From NCBI GenBank assembly GCA_951406725.2, contig OX597815.1, positions 38,254,001 through 38,318,000 of the forward strand: DNA of 64,000 nt. The letters are read 5' to 3'. The notes beneath the pieces were generated by a model that saw only the letters and a list, made by a program, of their open reading frames with translations, was not told the origin of the DNA and did not search any database. Below, piece by piece: positions 12,528 to 25,365 of this stretch; positions within the stretch are counted from its first letter, which is position 1; every line of letters begins with the position of its first letter. Origin of the DNA: Octopus vulgaris. Lineage: Eukaryota. Position numbers and translations under genes: made by a program.

Positions 12528-13157
12528 AGGACTGAGAGCGAAAGAGGGATTACGGCGGATAGAAGGCACGGCTATTATAGTAGGAGTTGAAACGGTATGT
12601 GTTGTTTATGTTTGATATGTGAAAAGAACTGTGAATTAAGGAAAAGAGGAAGAAAAGAAATGAACAGAGATTATAAAGAACTGTGTTGTTGAGTTGTATT
12701 GAAATGTAAAAGAAAGAGAAAGACCTTAATGTATTGAACTGTTGTGATTTGAACATTGGACTGTATCGTGAACATTAATTGATCTTTAATGTATTGAACT
12801 GTATCTACATGTTTAAATGCTTTGATTTGTTGTTTTCTTTAATGTATACCTGATGTATCTTTGATTAATTTGATGTTGTAATAATTGTTATAAACTGTTG
12901 TTAAATGTAAGCCAATTGCTTTCCGCCGTCTCTCTTTGTGTCTCTTCCTACTGTATCTCTTCCTGTTGTTGTTATATCCGGTCGCCGGCTGCCGTGTTTG
13001 CTGCCGCTTTTCCCCCACCGAATTATCTCTCTTTCTCTCTCTCTCTGAGTTCCGTGGCGGGTACGCCGATCGATCGGGTCGGTAGATCGTCGTCGCTCGA
13101 CTTGGTAGGGTCCCGGGTTTTTCCCGAAGAGCTTGAGCGACGGCAGGTGGGATCCGT

Positions 13158-13161
<4 letters not shown>
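12171..13161. mobile_element. Solo LTR (~990 bp) inserted in the (TA)n of a SINE
   Basis: Termini TGATACG...CGTAACA (TG..CA, imperfect inverted), ATAT on both sides, no coding capacity. Confidence 0.7.
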
Positions 13162-13204
<43 letters not shown>

Positions 13205-13210
<6 letters not shown>

Positions 13211-14398
13211 TAAGTGAAAATCAAGCAACATTTTGAAACATGAAATGCGAAAATTTTATTCATCAAAGTAAGTACCACTACATTGACAAGGTTTTTTTTT
13301 ATTCTGGTAACATAAAAATCTGGATTCCTGGCGCTGATGAACATTTTGAACGCACTTTTAGCATCGGTTTCACTTTTGAACTCATTCTTTCGCAAGAAAC
13401 TATGAAGGTGCTTGAAAAACTGGTATTCGGTAGGAGAAAGGACTGAGGAGTAAGCTTGGTGGGGAAGAACTTCGTAGCCAAGTTCTCTCAGCTTCTGGAG
13501 CGTCATTAGTGAAACGTTAGGTCGAGCATTGTCATGAAGAATGATTGGTCCTCTTCTGCTGACCAGTCTGGGACGGAGGAGTAGCGGTTTTTTAGGTTCA
13601 TTTTGGCAATTTCATGGCAATTTGTTTCTGCAGTAATAGTTTTTCCGGGTTTAAAGAAGTTACAGTGGATGAGTACAGCACTACACCACCAAACAGTCAC
13701 CATAGTATTCTTTTTGGAAAGCTCGGGTTTAGGGAAGGTTTTCGGTGCTTCATTTTGATCCAGTCACTGTAAAGAACGTTTCTTTTTATTATTGTACAGA
13801 ATCCACTTTTCATCGCAATGTACAATGCGGTGGAGAAATGGTTTAAGAAAAGAAGTAGTGAGCAAAGTTCATACCTGTGCATTTTCTGATTTTCATTCAA
13901 ACCCATTTTTAATTTCCTGATCGTATGTAACTAGCTGCATGCAGTTTTCTGGTTAATTTGAAGTTCTTTTGCCTGTTCTCGAGTGGTTTTACGTGGATCT
14001 TTATCTATGACGGTTTTTAATTGAACGTCATCGATAACAGATGGCCATCCACTATGCTCACGATCTTTAAGGCTCAAGTCTCTACTGCGAAATCTTTAAA
14101 ACCGTTTTGGAGCTGACCTCTCACTGGTCATTTCCTCACCAAAAGTTCCGTTGATATCGCGCGCAGTTTGAAGCCGAATAGCAAAATTGTTCCAATATCG
14201 CGCTCTGACAGTTCCATTTCTGATGATTGTAACAACGGCGAAGTAAATATCGACGTTAATTTATTGATGCATTTCAGCAAATCTGTCTTTATTATGAGAC
14301 AGTTTGCAAAAAATGCTTTAAAAAAATTCAAAACTCTGCAAAAATCCTGTACAAATTCTTCATGGTTCAATATATTGCTAACTTTCAATTAACCTGAT
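13205..14398 (-). mobile_element. mariner (DD34D) transposon relic with TIRs
   Basis: Fragments MVTVWWCSAVLIHCNFFKPGKTITAE and HDNARP...LQKLRELGYEVLPHQAYSSVLSPTEYQFFKHL; TIR-like AGGTTAAGTGAAA / TTTCAATTAACCT; ~1.2 kb. Confidence 0.88.
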
Positions 14399-14411
14399 GT
14401 GTGTGTGTGTG

Positions 14412-14716
14412 TGTGTCAGTGCTTGTCCCCAAACCATTGCTTGACAACTAATGGTGGTTTGTTTATGTCACCCTAACTTAGCGGTTCTGCAAAACAGACC
14501 GACAGAATAAGTACTAGGTTCACAAAAAATAAGCCCGGGATTGATTTCTACGTCTAAAAACCTATAAGGTGGTGTTCCAGCATGGCCGTAGTCAAAGGAC
14601 TGAATCGTGTATAAGAAGAATAAAAAAAGGAATATATAGGTGCAGGTGTGGCTGTGTGGTAAGAAGCTTGCTTCCCAACCTCATGTCTCTGAGTTCAGTC
14701 CCACTGCGTGACACCT
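14412..14716 (+). mobile_element. SINE fragments (3' half, then a second 5' head)
   Basis: Match the full copy at 24978-25365. Confidence 0.8.
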
Positions 14717-14809
14717 TATATATATATATAACATACATATAATATATAACATACACACACATACACACACACATATATATATATATATATAAAACATACA
14801 TATAAGAGT

Positions 14810-14893
14810 GATGACCACCAAGTGGACATCCATATGCTAGAAGTTGCCCCTATGGTCGACTTCTAGCATATGGATGTCCACTTAGTGGTCATC
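14810..14893. repeat. 35-bp-arm inverted repeat (hairpin)
   Basis: GATGACCACCAAGTGGACATCCATATGCTAGAAGT / ACTTCTAGCATATGGATGTCCACTTAGTGGTCATC, one mismatch, 14-nt spacer. Confidence 0.92.
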
Positions 14894-15239
14894 CTTCTTA
14901 TATATATGTAATATAATTTTTCTGAATCTTCAGAGTTTTCTATATGCTAGACCACTGGTTTTAAATTGATATTAATCAAATTAATATTCAATTTTTCACC
15001 CTTATTATTTAAATTTATATATATATATATATATATGTACTTCTATATATTTTGTGTTTATATATATGTAAAGATTTATGTGTCTGTGTTTGTCACCCCA
15101 CCATCCGATGTTGATATATTTACGCCCTGTAGCGGTTCGGCAAACGTAACCGATAGAGTAAGTACTAGGCTTACAAAGAATAATCCTGGGATTGATTTCT
15201 TCGACTAAAGATGCTGCTCCAGCATGGCCACCCTCTCGA

Positions 15240-15812
15240 TCTATACCTTTCGTTTTTTTCTTTCCTTCAGATTTTCGTTACCTGTTCCTCCCCTCTTTCT
15301 TTCATACATTCCCATTCCTCTCTCCTCCCTATCATATCTTCCTCTTTTCCCACTTCCCTCTCTCTTCCTTTGTCTCTCTCTACATCTACCTCTCTCCCTC
15401 TCTGTTTCATTACTTCCTCTTTGTCTCTCCTCTCCCTCACTCTGTCTCTCCCTCCCTTTTATATCCTCCTCCTTTTTCCACTTCTCTCCCCCTTCCTTAG
15501 TCTCTCCCTACATCTAATCCTTCCCCTCTCATCTCACCCTCTTCCTCATATACTTCTCATATCTACTCATCTTCTCACTCCGTTTCTTCCTTTCCCTCAC
15601 ATCCTTCATTCTTTCCTCTCTCTTCCTCACTCTCTTTCTCTTCCCCTCCTCTCCCTCCTTCTGTCTCGCTATCGCTACATACCATCTCTCTCTTCATATC
15701 ACCTCTCTTTTCTTCATATATCCCTCTCTCTTTCCCTCTCTCTCCCTCTGTCTTTCTTCCTCTCTACCTCCCTCTGTCTCTATCACTCCCTCTCTACCCT
15801 TTCCTCCCCCTC
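15240..15812 (+). repeat. Polypyrimidine (CT-rich) low-complexity tract
   Basis: About 570 bp almost devoid of G on the plus strand. Confidence 0.9.
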
Positions 15813-18445
15813 TATGTTTAGAAAACGAAGATGGCACCAAAGAGGGAGAGCAATAATTGAATCTTCTCTTGCGAGCATAGACGATTACTAGCGGTGATCC
15901 GCCAAACAATATCATCACTGCTGCACTGATGAACAATGGCTTCTGTAGAACCATTGAGCAGATAGAGCTGAAAAAAGTGGATTCATCCGATCCTATGCCC
16001 TTATCAGAACACACATTAACACTCTTGATGTCATCATGGAAAACTACTGTGGCAAGGCTAATAAGGATAAGGAAAACGAAGCAAAAACCAGAACTCTCTT
16101 TGATCCAGTGGTTCCTTCAATGAATGGATCCCCCACTCTTGTGAACAACCAGGCTGATAAGGATAGGGAAGCTAAGGAAGCAACAATCAGAAGTCCTTCT
16201 GTGCCTGTGGTCCTACAAAGGAACGGAGTCCTCACCCCATTGGACAACCAGAGGGATGCAAGTTCTACCACACGAAAAGGAAGGAAAGAACACGAGCATA
16301 AATATAAATAAGGAAAGGGAGAAAAAAGGAAAAGGAAAAAATGAAATAACTAGAGTCAAAACCCCAAACCACCAAGCAAACAATAGAAAACTCAAATATG
16401 GAGGCTCCAATGGAATCCGAAACCCTAGAAGAGTGAATCAAGGACATGCAAATTTTACTTGTAAAGCAGATGTTGGCATGGGGAAGGCGGTACAAACAGC
16501 CGGTTTGTTCACTTGACAGCCTGCCAAAACTACAGGGGCCTTAAGGAGAAATATTTCCTTGAGGAAAGACATCAATCGTCTCCACAGAAAAAAAAAAATA
16601 CAAATGCAGTGCGCTCCCCAGATGTTATACGTAAGGCAGAAGCAGAACAAGAGTCTTTTTTGTGCATGGCGCAAAAGATTGTGCAGCAGCTAACCTAGCT
16701 ACATCAAGTGCAAACAAGGAGCCTTGACCACCACTGTGCAAGACCATCATAATCAACAGACCCGGGATGGCCTCCCATAATGCCTGCACAGTCGTGACGC
16801 CAATATTTTTTATAAATATTGGGAGCCTGTTGCATAACAACAACAAAAGCAAAAGTTTTCCCTGAGAGACCTTGCTGCATGCAATCAAGCCCTATGCATA
16901 GCACTCATGGAAACTCATCTGAGCCCTTATATAGAGGATGCAAAAGTACATGTACAAAAATATACTATACTGCGAATAAACAGAAGGGAAATGAGCATAT
17001 GACACTCTAATTGTATGCATAAGACAACACAATATAGTCATATACAATACATATCGCCCACCGGATGCTCCAAACTACATAGGTAAGTTTGAAGATTGCC
17101 TTACAAGAATTAAAGAAATCCTCATGAAACTGGAACACGACGTAAGCGTATTTCTTGTGGGTGATTTCAACTTCCCCAGTGTCAAATGGCTCGAAGGTCT
17201 CATGCTGCCTGACCCAGTTCTTACAGCACTATGATTGTGTGTTAAGGCAGTCACTCAACAACTCAAATTTGGACTTAATACATTGACTTTTCAAAAGCTT
17301 TTGATAAAGGAGATCATGGTATGATATGCCACAAACTGCGTGATCTACGCATATCTGGGAAACTTGGGGAGTGGTTACATGACATTCTGATAGATAGGCA
17401 GTAGTGGCCAATGGACCCACTTCAATGAAAATACAAATAGCAAGCGGTGTTTCACAGGGCAGTCTTGGGACCATTGCTTTTCATTGTGGCCCTCTCAGAT
17501 ATGCCTGCAACTGCCCGGATTGAAATCCTTGCTTGCTACGCAGATGATACGAAAGTCTCGCAGAAAATACAGAACCCAAGCAAATTTGCACACCTGCAGT
17601 AGGAATTTGACTCAATTTACAGATGGGTTGAGGATAAGATGCAGTTTAATGCTGAAAAGTTCCAAGCCCCGCGCTACCAGCGTCCAAAACTGAATATAAA
17701 ACTTACAGGGTACACTGGTCCACATGGGATTACAATCGCAGAACCTAAATCAGAGAGGGTATGGACATGTGCGATGATACCTCTTTCCAATTGCACATTA
17801 CCAGGATGGTAACAAAGTGCAGACAACTGGCTGGCTGGATCTTGAGAACATTCAGAACCAGAGAGAAGGAAATCATGATGGTACTCTGGAGGACATTCGT
17901 CCTCAGCCGCCTGGATTACTGCTCCCAGCTATGGTCACCCACATCGTCTCATTGCGATAGCTAAGCTACTGGGAAAGGCTGGAACAGCTAAGACTCTACT
18001 CCCTGGAGCGAAGGCGGGAGAGGTATGCAGTAATATACATCTGGAAGATCCTGGAAGAAATTGTGTCAAATTTTGACATTGAAAGCTACACAAATGCCAG
18101 AACGGGTCGACATTTCACAGTACCAAAGATCCCAACAATGCCACCGCACGTCAGGACCAGTTGCTGCAACAGCCTGGGTTTCAGGAGCCCGTAGCTTTTT
18201 AATATCACCCCAATGAGCTTGAGAGACCTACGCAAAGTGGATGTAGGTGCTTTCAACTCAAAACTGGACCTCTTCTTGTCGAAAGTCCCAGATGAACCTA
18301 CCTCACGGCACGAGGTGCAAATGAGGGTAGCGACATCAAACTCTCCTATTCACCAAATTCCACATATTAGAGAGGGCTCTCAATAATAACAGCGTTGCAA
18401 AACAGCGGTGTCCCAGCATGGCCACAGCTCTGAGTTGAAACTAGA
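15813..18445 (+). mobile_element. CR1-group LINE (ORF1 with CCCH-like finger, APE, RT), internally deleted and decayed
   Basis: TCKFYL*SRCWHG..NSRFVH at ~16444; YRPPDA...FLVGDFNFPSVKW (APE, ~17050-17190); DFSKAFDK.DH, SGVSQGS.LGPLLF, YADDTK (RT); GWILRTFRTRE..LSRLDYCSQLWSP. Confidence 0.88.
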
Positions 18446-18599
18446 ACATAATATAACGGGCTGGTGCATTGTGCTCTTGATCAAAACAGTTAGTCTCCCG
18501 TTTCTTCGAGATTTCTTCGTGAATCCTTTTAGACAACGTCGATTTGAGATATTTGATCAATATAAACAAATATTAATGACTTGTAAGCACACAGCATTT

Positions 18600-19245
18600 C
18601 GTTATGCAACCATAATATGCTACAAAGCATATTAAACGTTTTATAAGTCAATATCATGTACTACTGTGCTAGTAGTGCACTGAAATCACGTGTTAAGGTC
18701 ATCACTACAGATTTTCTATTGAAATTATAGGCGGGACAAATTTTTTACGACGTTTTGTATCTGAGAAGTCAGATGTAAACAATGAGATTCGAAGATGAGA
18801 AACTGGGTAATGAGCATATATGCCCAGCACTCATCTAAGCTATTAATCATCTACGGATTCTTTGCTTAAATAGCCACTAAATTTAGCGGTGTAACATTAT
18901 TGTGTATACCAATTTACATATTAAACACATTCCTGGGAGCTGGTACGTAAATATTAGTGACTTGTAGGGACACCGTTTTTCACTATGCAACCATAATATA
19001 CTACAAAGTAGTCAATGCTGTGTTCTAATGTGTTACCAGTGCTATTAAATCACTTGTTAAAGTTATTTCTACAGATTTCCTAAAGAAATTATAGCCAACA
19101 ATGTGATCGAAGAGGCAAAATGGGTAACTAGTGTAGATACCATATTTCAGGAGTTCTTGTTCCTTCATCAGCACCAGTCCAATCCATTAATTATCCATTA
19201 ACTAGTTGTTTAAATACCTTCTACATATAGCGGAGTAACATTGGT
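18600..19245. repeat. Old diverged tandem duplication, period ~380 bp
   Basis: TATGCAACCATAATAT.CTACAAAG at 18603 and 18985, followed by further colinear similar blocks. Confidence 0.7.
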
Positions 19246-19996
19246 TTCGATACTGTCTATGAGCAATGAAAAAAAACCTTTCAGGTCTTTTTCGTTATAT
19301 ACGACTGAAAATAAATACTAGTGGTGTCTGGTAATTCATCCTGGGTCGCGCTGACGTCGCGTTCTATCAACCTGACGTCTTCTACTTTCAACCTAATAAC
19401 TTTGAAGTTCCTTTTAATCTCCGGTCTCATTTGCTTGTGAGTTTGAGACAGACATTTTTAGGTAATTCTAGCAACACGAAGCATGGCAGAAATAAAGGAA
19501 GTAATGCTTCAAACACACTAAGCGTGTCAACACACATATATGATTTTATACATATACATACATATATACATAAATGTGTGTGTGTGTGTCTGTGTGTGCG
19601 TGTTTGTGTGTGTATAAAAGAAATTAAAATGACAAAGGAATAAGAAATTATATGATGAGCCTCATTAACTTACTGTTTATTTTGTTATGAGATGTGATGC
19701 ATTTATAGTAGAACACTTGTGTATCACCCTATAGATTAATCGGAGCTTCAAACACGAAACGCAGTTTCGTTTGGCAAAACATTTACATTCACAAATGTAA
19801 TTGCTTTCACATATAAAACTGCACTCATTCAACTATGAGTGCATTGCATCTTAAAAGCAGAAACAGCTGCAAGCTAATGAAATTTATTGCATAATTTCTT
19901 TCTCCTTTGTCACTGTAATTTTTCATTATTGCACAATATTCGACGGACGCATTGTTCCACCGCATATGTATATCGAGTTCTAACACCGGGTTATTA

Positions 19997-20020
19997 GAGT
20001 CACTATCTCCAAGCGAAATG

Positions 20021-20089
<69 letters not shown>

Positions 20090-20126
20090 GTAATAATAAT
20101 AATAATAGTAATAATAATAATAATAG

Positions 20127-20194
<68 letters not shown>

Positions 20195-20206
20195 GTAATA
20201 ATAATA

Positions 20207-20300
<94 letters not shown>

Positions 20301-20316
20301 AATAATAATAATAATA
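19997..20316 (+). repeat. Long (AAT)n microsatellite with GAT/AGT variants
   Basis: Direct reading; source of the poly-I/L/Y ORFs. Confidence 0.97.
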
Positions 20317-21074
20317 TCAATAATGTTTACATATATGCTATATGTAATATGTGTGTATGTGTGCACGCCTACAAATATCTGTGTGCATATATATTATATC
20401 AAATATATCTGCTGTATTTTGTTTCTGGCTTTGTGTTTGATACTCCCGGCATAATTTCCCTTTTCCATCATTACATAACTAGTGGTGTGAAATGATGTAG
20501 TTTTTTGTATCAAAGAAAAGTATTTCTTTCATCTGTTTTATTCCCATTTATAACAAATTGAATGCTATCATTCCTAAAAGGAAAGAACGAAAATATTTTG
20601 AAAACGACTTCAACACAGCTTGAAAAAAGAAATACAACAGAAGCAATGCAAAGAGCAATAAATAAGTAAAGCGCATTGCTTTAACGTAAGTAGGAATGAG
20701 TTCCTAATTGTGTGCAGACGCACAGATATACTTGCAAACTCACAACAAACACGCATCTGAAGAATATTTTGATGGCAGACAGAATTCAATAGCTTTCTTG
20801 AGTTTAAATCCTATTGTGGTATTTCGAAAGTTCAATGTCCTACTATGTCTTGAATTTTCATAGCGGGGCTTTGACTCTACTCGCCGTGAGGCATTGTGAA
20901 CTTTGCATTACACATGATAGTAAATACGTAATCTCTGTCTGTATGGCTGACTCTTTTTCTCCCTCTCTCGCCTTTCTATGTCTCTATCGATACATAAATG
21001 TGTGTGTGTGTATGTATAGTTATGGTATATTAGGTGTATATGTATATATACATACACACACAAACACATACATG

Positions 21075-21119
<45 letters not shown>

Positions 21120-21138
21120 AATTATGTATGTATGTATA

Positions 21139-21774
21139 TACGAGGTCTGATCAATAGGTATCCGGACCGTTGCCATAGAAACGGAACTAAAGCACGTAAT
21201 ATGAAGCCACCAGCTAGGCAAAGATTGACCTTGTTTTCTGCTGTACATGCGCACTTAGCTTTAACGTTCTAGCTCACTTCCGCTAGACAGTGCTTGGAAG
21301 GAAGGTGTGTAGCGTGTGACCATCGCATTGACTATGACAGAGAAAGCTGTCAGTGCGATACCTGCTCAGAGGCCTACGCAAAGTTGCAGAAAGAGTATGG
21401 AGGGGAATGTATGAGCTGCACGGAGAGGAATGGTTCAGACGTTTACAAGTTGATCGAAAAAATGTCGATGTGGACGAATATTCAGGGAGACCCGCAACCA
21501 GAAGAAATTAGAAAAACATCGCAGATGTGTGTGTAGCTGTAAGGAAAAATCGTCGAGTCAACCACCGTGATTTATCAGAGGATGTGCAGATTAGTTACGG
21601 TTCAGTTCAGTCTATTATCACTGAAGATTTGGGTTTGAGATGCGTGTCTGCCAAGTTTGTGCCAAAACTGCCTTTAGCTGACCAAGAAGACACTCGCGTT
21701 TCAGATGCACAACATTTCCTTGATTGTTCCGAGAATGAGAAAAACTTTTGAAAACTTGGCGTAGTATACGGCTC

Positions 21775-21779
<5 letters not shown>
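21139..21779 (+). mobile_element. mariner transposon 5' half (HTH region), truncated
   Basis: Starts TACGAGGTCTGATCAATA; fragments SEAYAKLQKEYGGECMS and DLSEDVQISYGSVQSIITEDLGLRCVSAKFVPKL. Confidence 0.85.
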
Positions 21780-21812
<33 letters not shown>

Positions 21813-21815
<3 letters not shown>

Positions 21816-22274
21816 TGTATGTCTTTCTCAACCTCTCATCCTCTCACTGTCTGCCTGTCGTTCTCAACGCTTTCACTGTCACTCTCTCGCCTGTCATCTC
21901 TCAGATTGTCTGTCTGTCTTTCTCATCTGCCCTGTTACCAACTCACTGTCTCCGGCTGAACTGTCACAAACTCACAGCTCGTCGCTTTTTAAAGGGTAGC
22001 TTCCTTGACCCTTCTTTGACCGGGAAAAGGGTAGAGGTCTTTCCAAAAGCCATTACTCTTTCGTGAATCTGACAGAACAAAGGACAATAACTTTAGATTC
22101 CAGACTTTCAGACTACATACGAGCAAAGTAGGTCATAGTAGTTGTTTCCCAGTTGACCTACTCGTATCAATATATATATACATACGACGTGTATTTCTTC
22201 CAGTTTCTGTCTACCAATTCCAAGTGCAAGTATTTGGTTGGCCTCAGACTGTAGTAGAAGTCACCTGCCCACGG
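21813..22274. repeat. 462-bp inverted duplication, right copy (partner 12066-12527)
   Basis: Reverse complement of 12066-12527; preceded by (CA)n. Confidence 0.95.
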
Positions 22275-22348
22275 TCCTACGCAGTAGGACTGAACCCGGA
22301 ACTATATGGTTGGAAAGCAAGCTTCTTACCACACAGTCACGCCTGGGC
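22185..22348 (-). mobile_element. tRNA-derived SINE 5' half
   Basis: Reverse complement of the SINE head seen at 24978. Confidence 0.8.
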
Positions 22349-22439
22349 TAATGTATATATTATACACACAAGCACACACAAACACACACATAGGCACACA
22401 CACACGTATGTTATATATACATAAATACATGCACACACG

Positions 22440-22493
<54 letters not shown>

Positions 22494-22834
22494 CATTTAC
22501 TTTACTGTCGTTATTATATTATTAGAGTTTCCAAGAAAACGTTATCTTCAGTATAATTATGAAAACACTTATCCACGTACGAGTGTAGAATATTTATAGC
22601 TATTTAAATATTGACATGTATACAATTTACTCGCTGTTTTTATCAATTTATTTGTATTAATTTATATAGTTATTTGTTTATACACGTGTCCTGAGAGGGA
22701 GTTAATTATATCATATATAAGTGAACGGAAACTGGCTTATACGGAACATATATTTTGTGAATTTTATATATAATTATATTAGCATATTGTGTGTATCGTG
22801 TGTATATTTAAATGCCTGTACATAAGTATGCATA

Positions 22835-23245
<411 letters not shown>

Positions 23246-24083
23246 TGCATGTAAGTTTGCTTACTTGAAGGAATTTTTGCTTACACATTGGTTTTGTCCT
23301 TATCCTTCACATTAGACTACCTTCTAATATAATTTGCATTTCCGATGTCTTTCGCTGCACCATAATTGTTATATATGCCTTTTGTTCATCTCTAGTAGCT
23401 ATACTACATACTTATGTCACATTATATTCCTCAAATTATTTCATAGAATATTATACTCACACATTTTATTTACATTTTTCATTTCTATTTTCGTTGTATG
23501 TATTCATTTTATATTTTGGCAAAATTCCTTCCTATTTGTAACTGTTTATGACAAACCTATTTTCTTTAGGCATAGCCGAAACTATATCAAAATTAATTTG
23601 CTGAAGCGATATAGAAAACAATATTTACATGCATTCCTGCAACGGCGATCTACTTAGCCAGATTTTATGTTTTATTACTTCAAAAATCCATTAAATATCA
23701 TTCAAAATGTACCATAAAATGGTAATGCCTAATCAGTTATTGTTTATTTAAAATTAGAGTAATATAAATTACAAAACAAAATTGTAAATATACTCAATGC
23801 TTTTTTTTTTTCAAATTGCCAAAGAAAAATTCGTCTATTATAACATATTAGCAATTTTTCAAACATGTTGCTACTACTTGCATTGTATTTGCAAACTTCT
23901 CATGAAAAGTACTTAATAATGGTACCCTTGAAACTATATGACTGGAGTATACTATACCACATATTTCTTTACAAAATTTCAATAAAGCTCCGATTATGCA
24001 TATAGAAATTGTTCATCATAATTACTTTTGTATAAGATGAACCTCCCGTTTGTCATTATCTCCATCTTTTGACCAAAAAAACC

Positions 24084-24090
24084 CACTACG

Positions 24091-24145
<55 letters not shown>

Positions 24146-24213
24146 TTACTGCTGCTGCTGCTGCTGCTACTACTACTTCTACTACTACTACTACCACCAC
24201 CACCACTACTACT
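24084..24213 (+). repeat. Compound (ACT)n/(GCT)n/(ACC)n trinucleotide repeat
   Basis: Direct reading. Confidence 0.95.
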
Positions 24214-24977
24214 ATGTCCTTTTATAAGTCTATATGTATGTTGGTATGCTTGTGTGTTTGTGTGTATATATGTATGTATATGTGGGTGCATGCTTGTGTA
24301 CGCGTACGAATTTACACAGATATGGATAAGACACTAAGTTTATTACATTTGTGTAACCGATTCAGACTTTTCTTGGTTCATTCTCACTCTCATATGCAAA
24401 CTGATTCAGTTACTTGCCTTAGCACCGTTTAATAAGGTGTATTTATGATATCGAGTTTATCTCGTGCATGGTGGTAAAAACACGGTCCAAGATATCATGC
24501 TGTATACCACAACCTTAATTGTATAGCACCTATCTTGTACTGCTTGCAGTCCAAGCAAACGGCATTTCTGCTGAGGTAGGAAATTTATCTCAAAATCCCA
24601 CACACTCAGTCAACCGTTCTTTTGAAGAATTTGTTCTGTGTAATGATCACACCATATGTTGAAAGCCATCTTCTTTGCAAATTTTCCAATTTAAGATTGT
24701 TGTTACCATGTCATATTCAAGTTCTTATAACTCTACTGAGCATCTATTTTGCATTCAGAGACCATACATAATAGTGTCTTCTTTTTCCTCACTCATACTA
24801 CCTTCAGCCAAGACGCTTGCGTTATCTATGTTATTCCTGGTGAATCTTGTTCTGATTGTTTCTTTCTGCGCAACTAGAACCGTGCTTTCTATCTCTTTCT
24901 TTAACATTCCCTTCTTTAACCATTGAAATGACTTCTGATCACGATATCCGTCAGTATTTTGAAAAATTTTCCACATA

Positions 24978-25365
24978 GGCGCAGGAGTGGCTGTGTGGTA
25001 AGTAGCTTGATTACCAGCCACATGGTTCCGGGTTCAGTCCCACTGCGTGGCACCTTGGGCAAGTGTCTTCTACTATAGCCTCGGGCCGACCAAAGCCTTG
25101 TGAGTGGATTTGGTAGACGGAAACTGAAAGAAGCCCGTCGTATATATGTATATATATATATGTGTATGTGTGTGTGTTTGTGTGTCTGTGTTTGTCCCCC
25201 TAGCATCGCTTGACAACCGATGCTAGTGTGTTTATATCCCCGTTACTTAGCGGTTCGGCAAAAGAGACTGATAGAATAAGTCCTGGGGTCGAGTTGCTCG
25301 ATTAAAGGTGGTGCTCCAGCATGGCCGCAGTCAAATGACTGAAACAAGTAAAAGAGTAAAAGAGT
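24978..25365 (+). mobile_element. Full-length tRNA-derived SINE (dominant family in window)
   Basis: Head GGCGCAGGAGTGGCTGTGTGGTAAG..GGGTTCAGTCCC, internal (TA)/(TG) tract, tail GGTGCTCCAGCATGGCCGCAGTCAAATGACTGAAAC; many partial copies elsewhere. Confidence 0.9.

Noticed and set aside
15192-15891. 226-aa Leu/Ser/Pro-rich ORF
   Set aside because: Product of the CT-rich low-complexity tract; no domain signal.
24978-25050. tRNA gene
   Set aside because: A/B-box-like head continues into a repeated SINE body; no complete cloverleaf.
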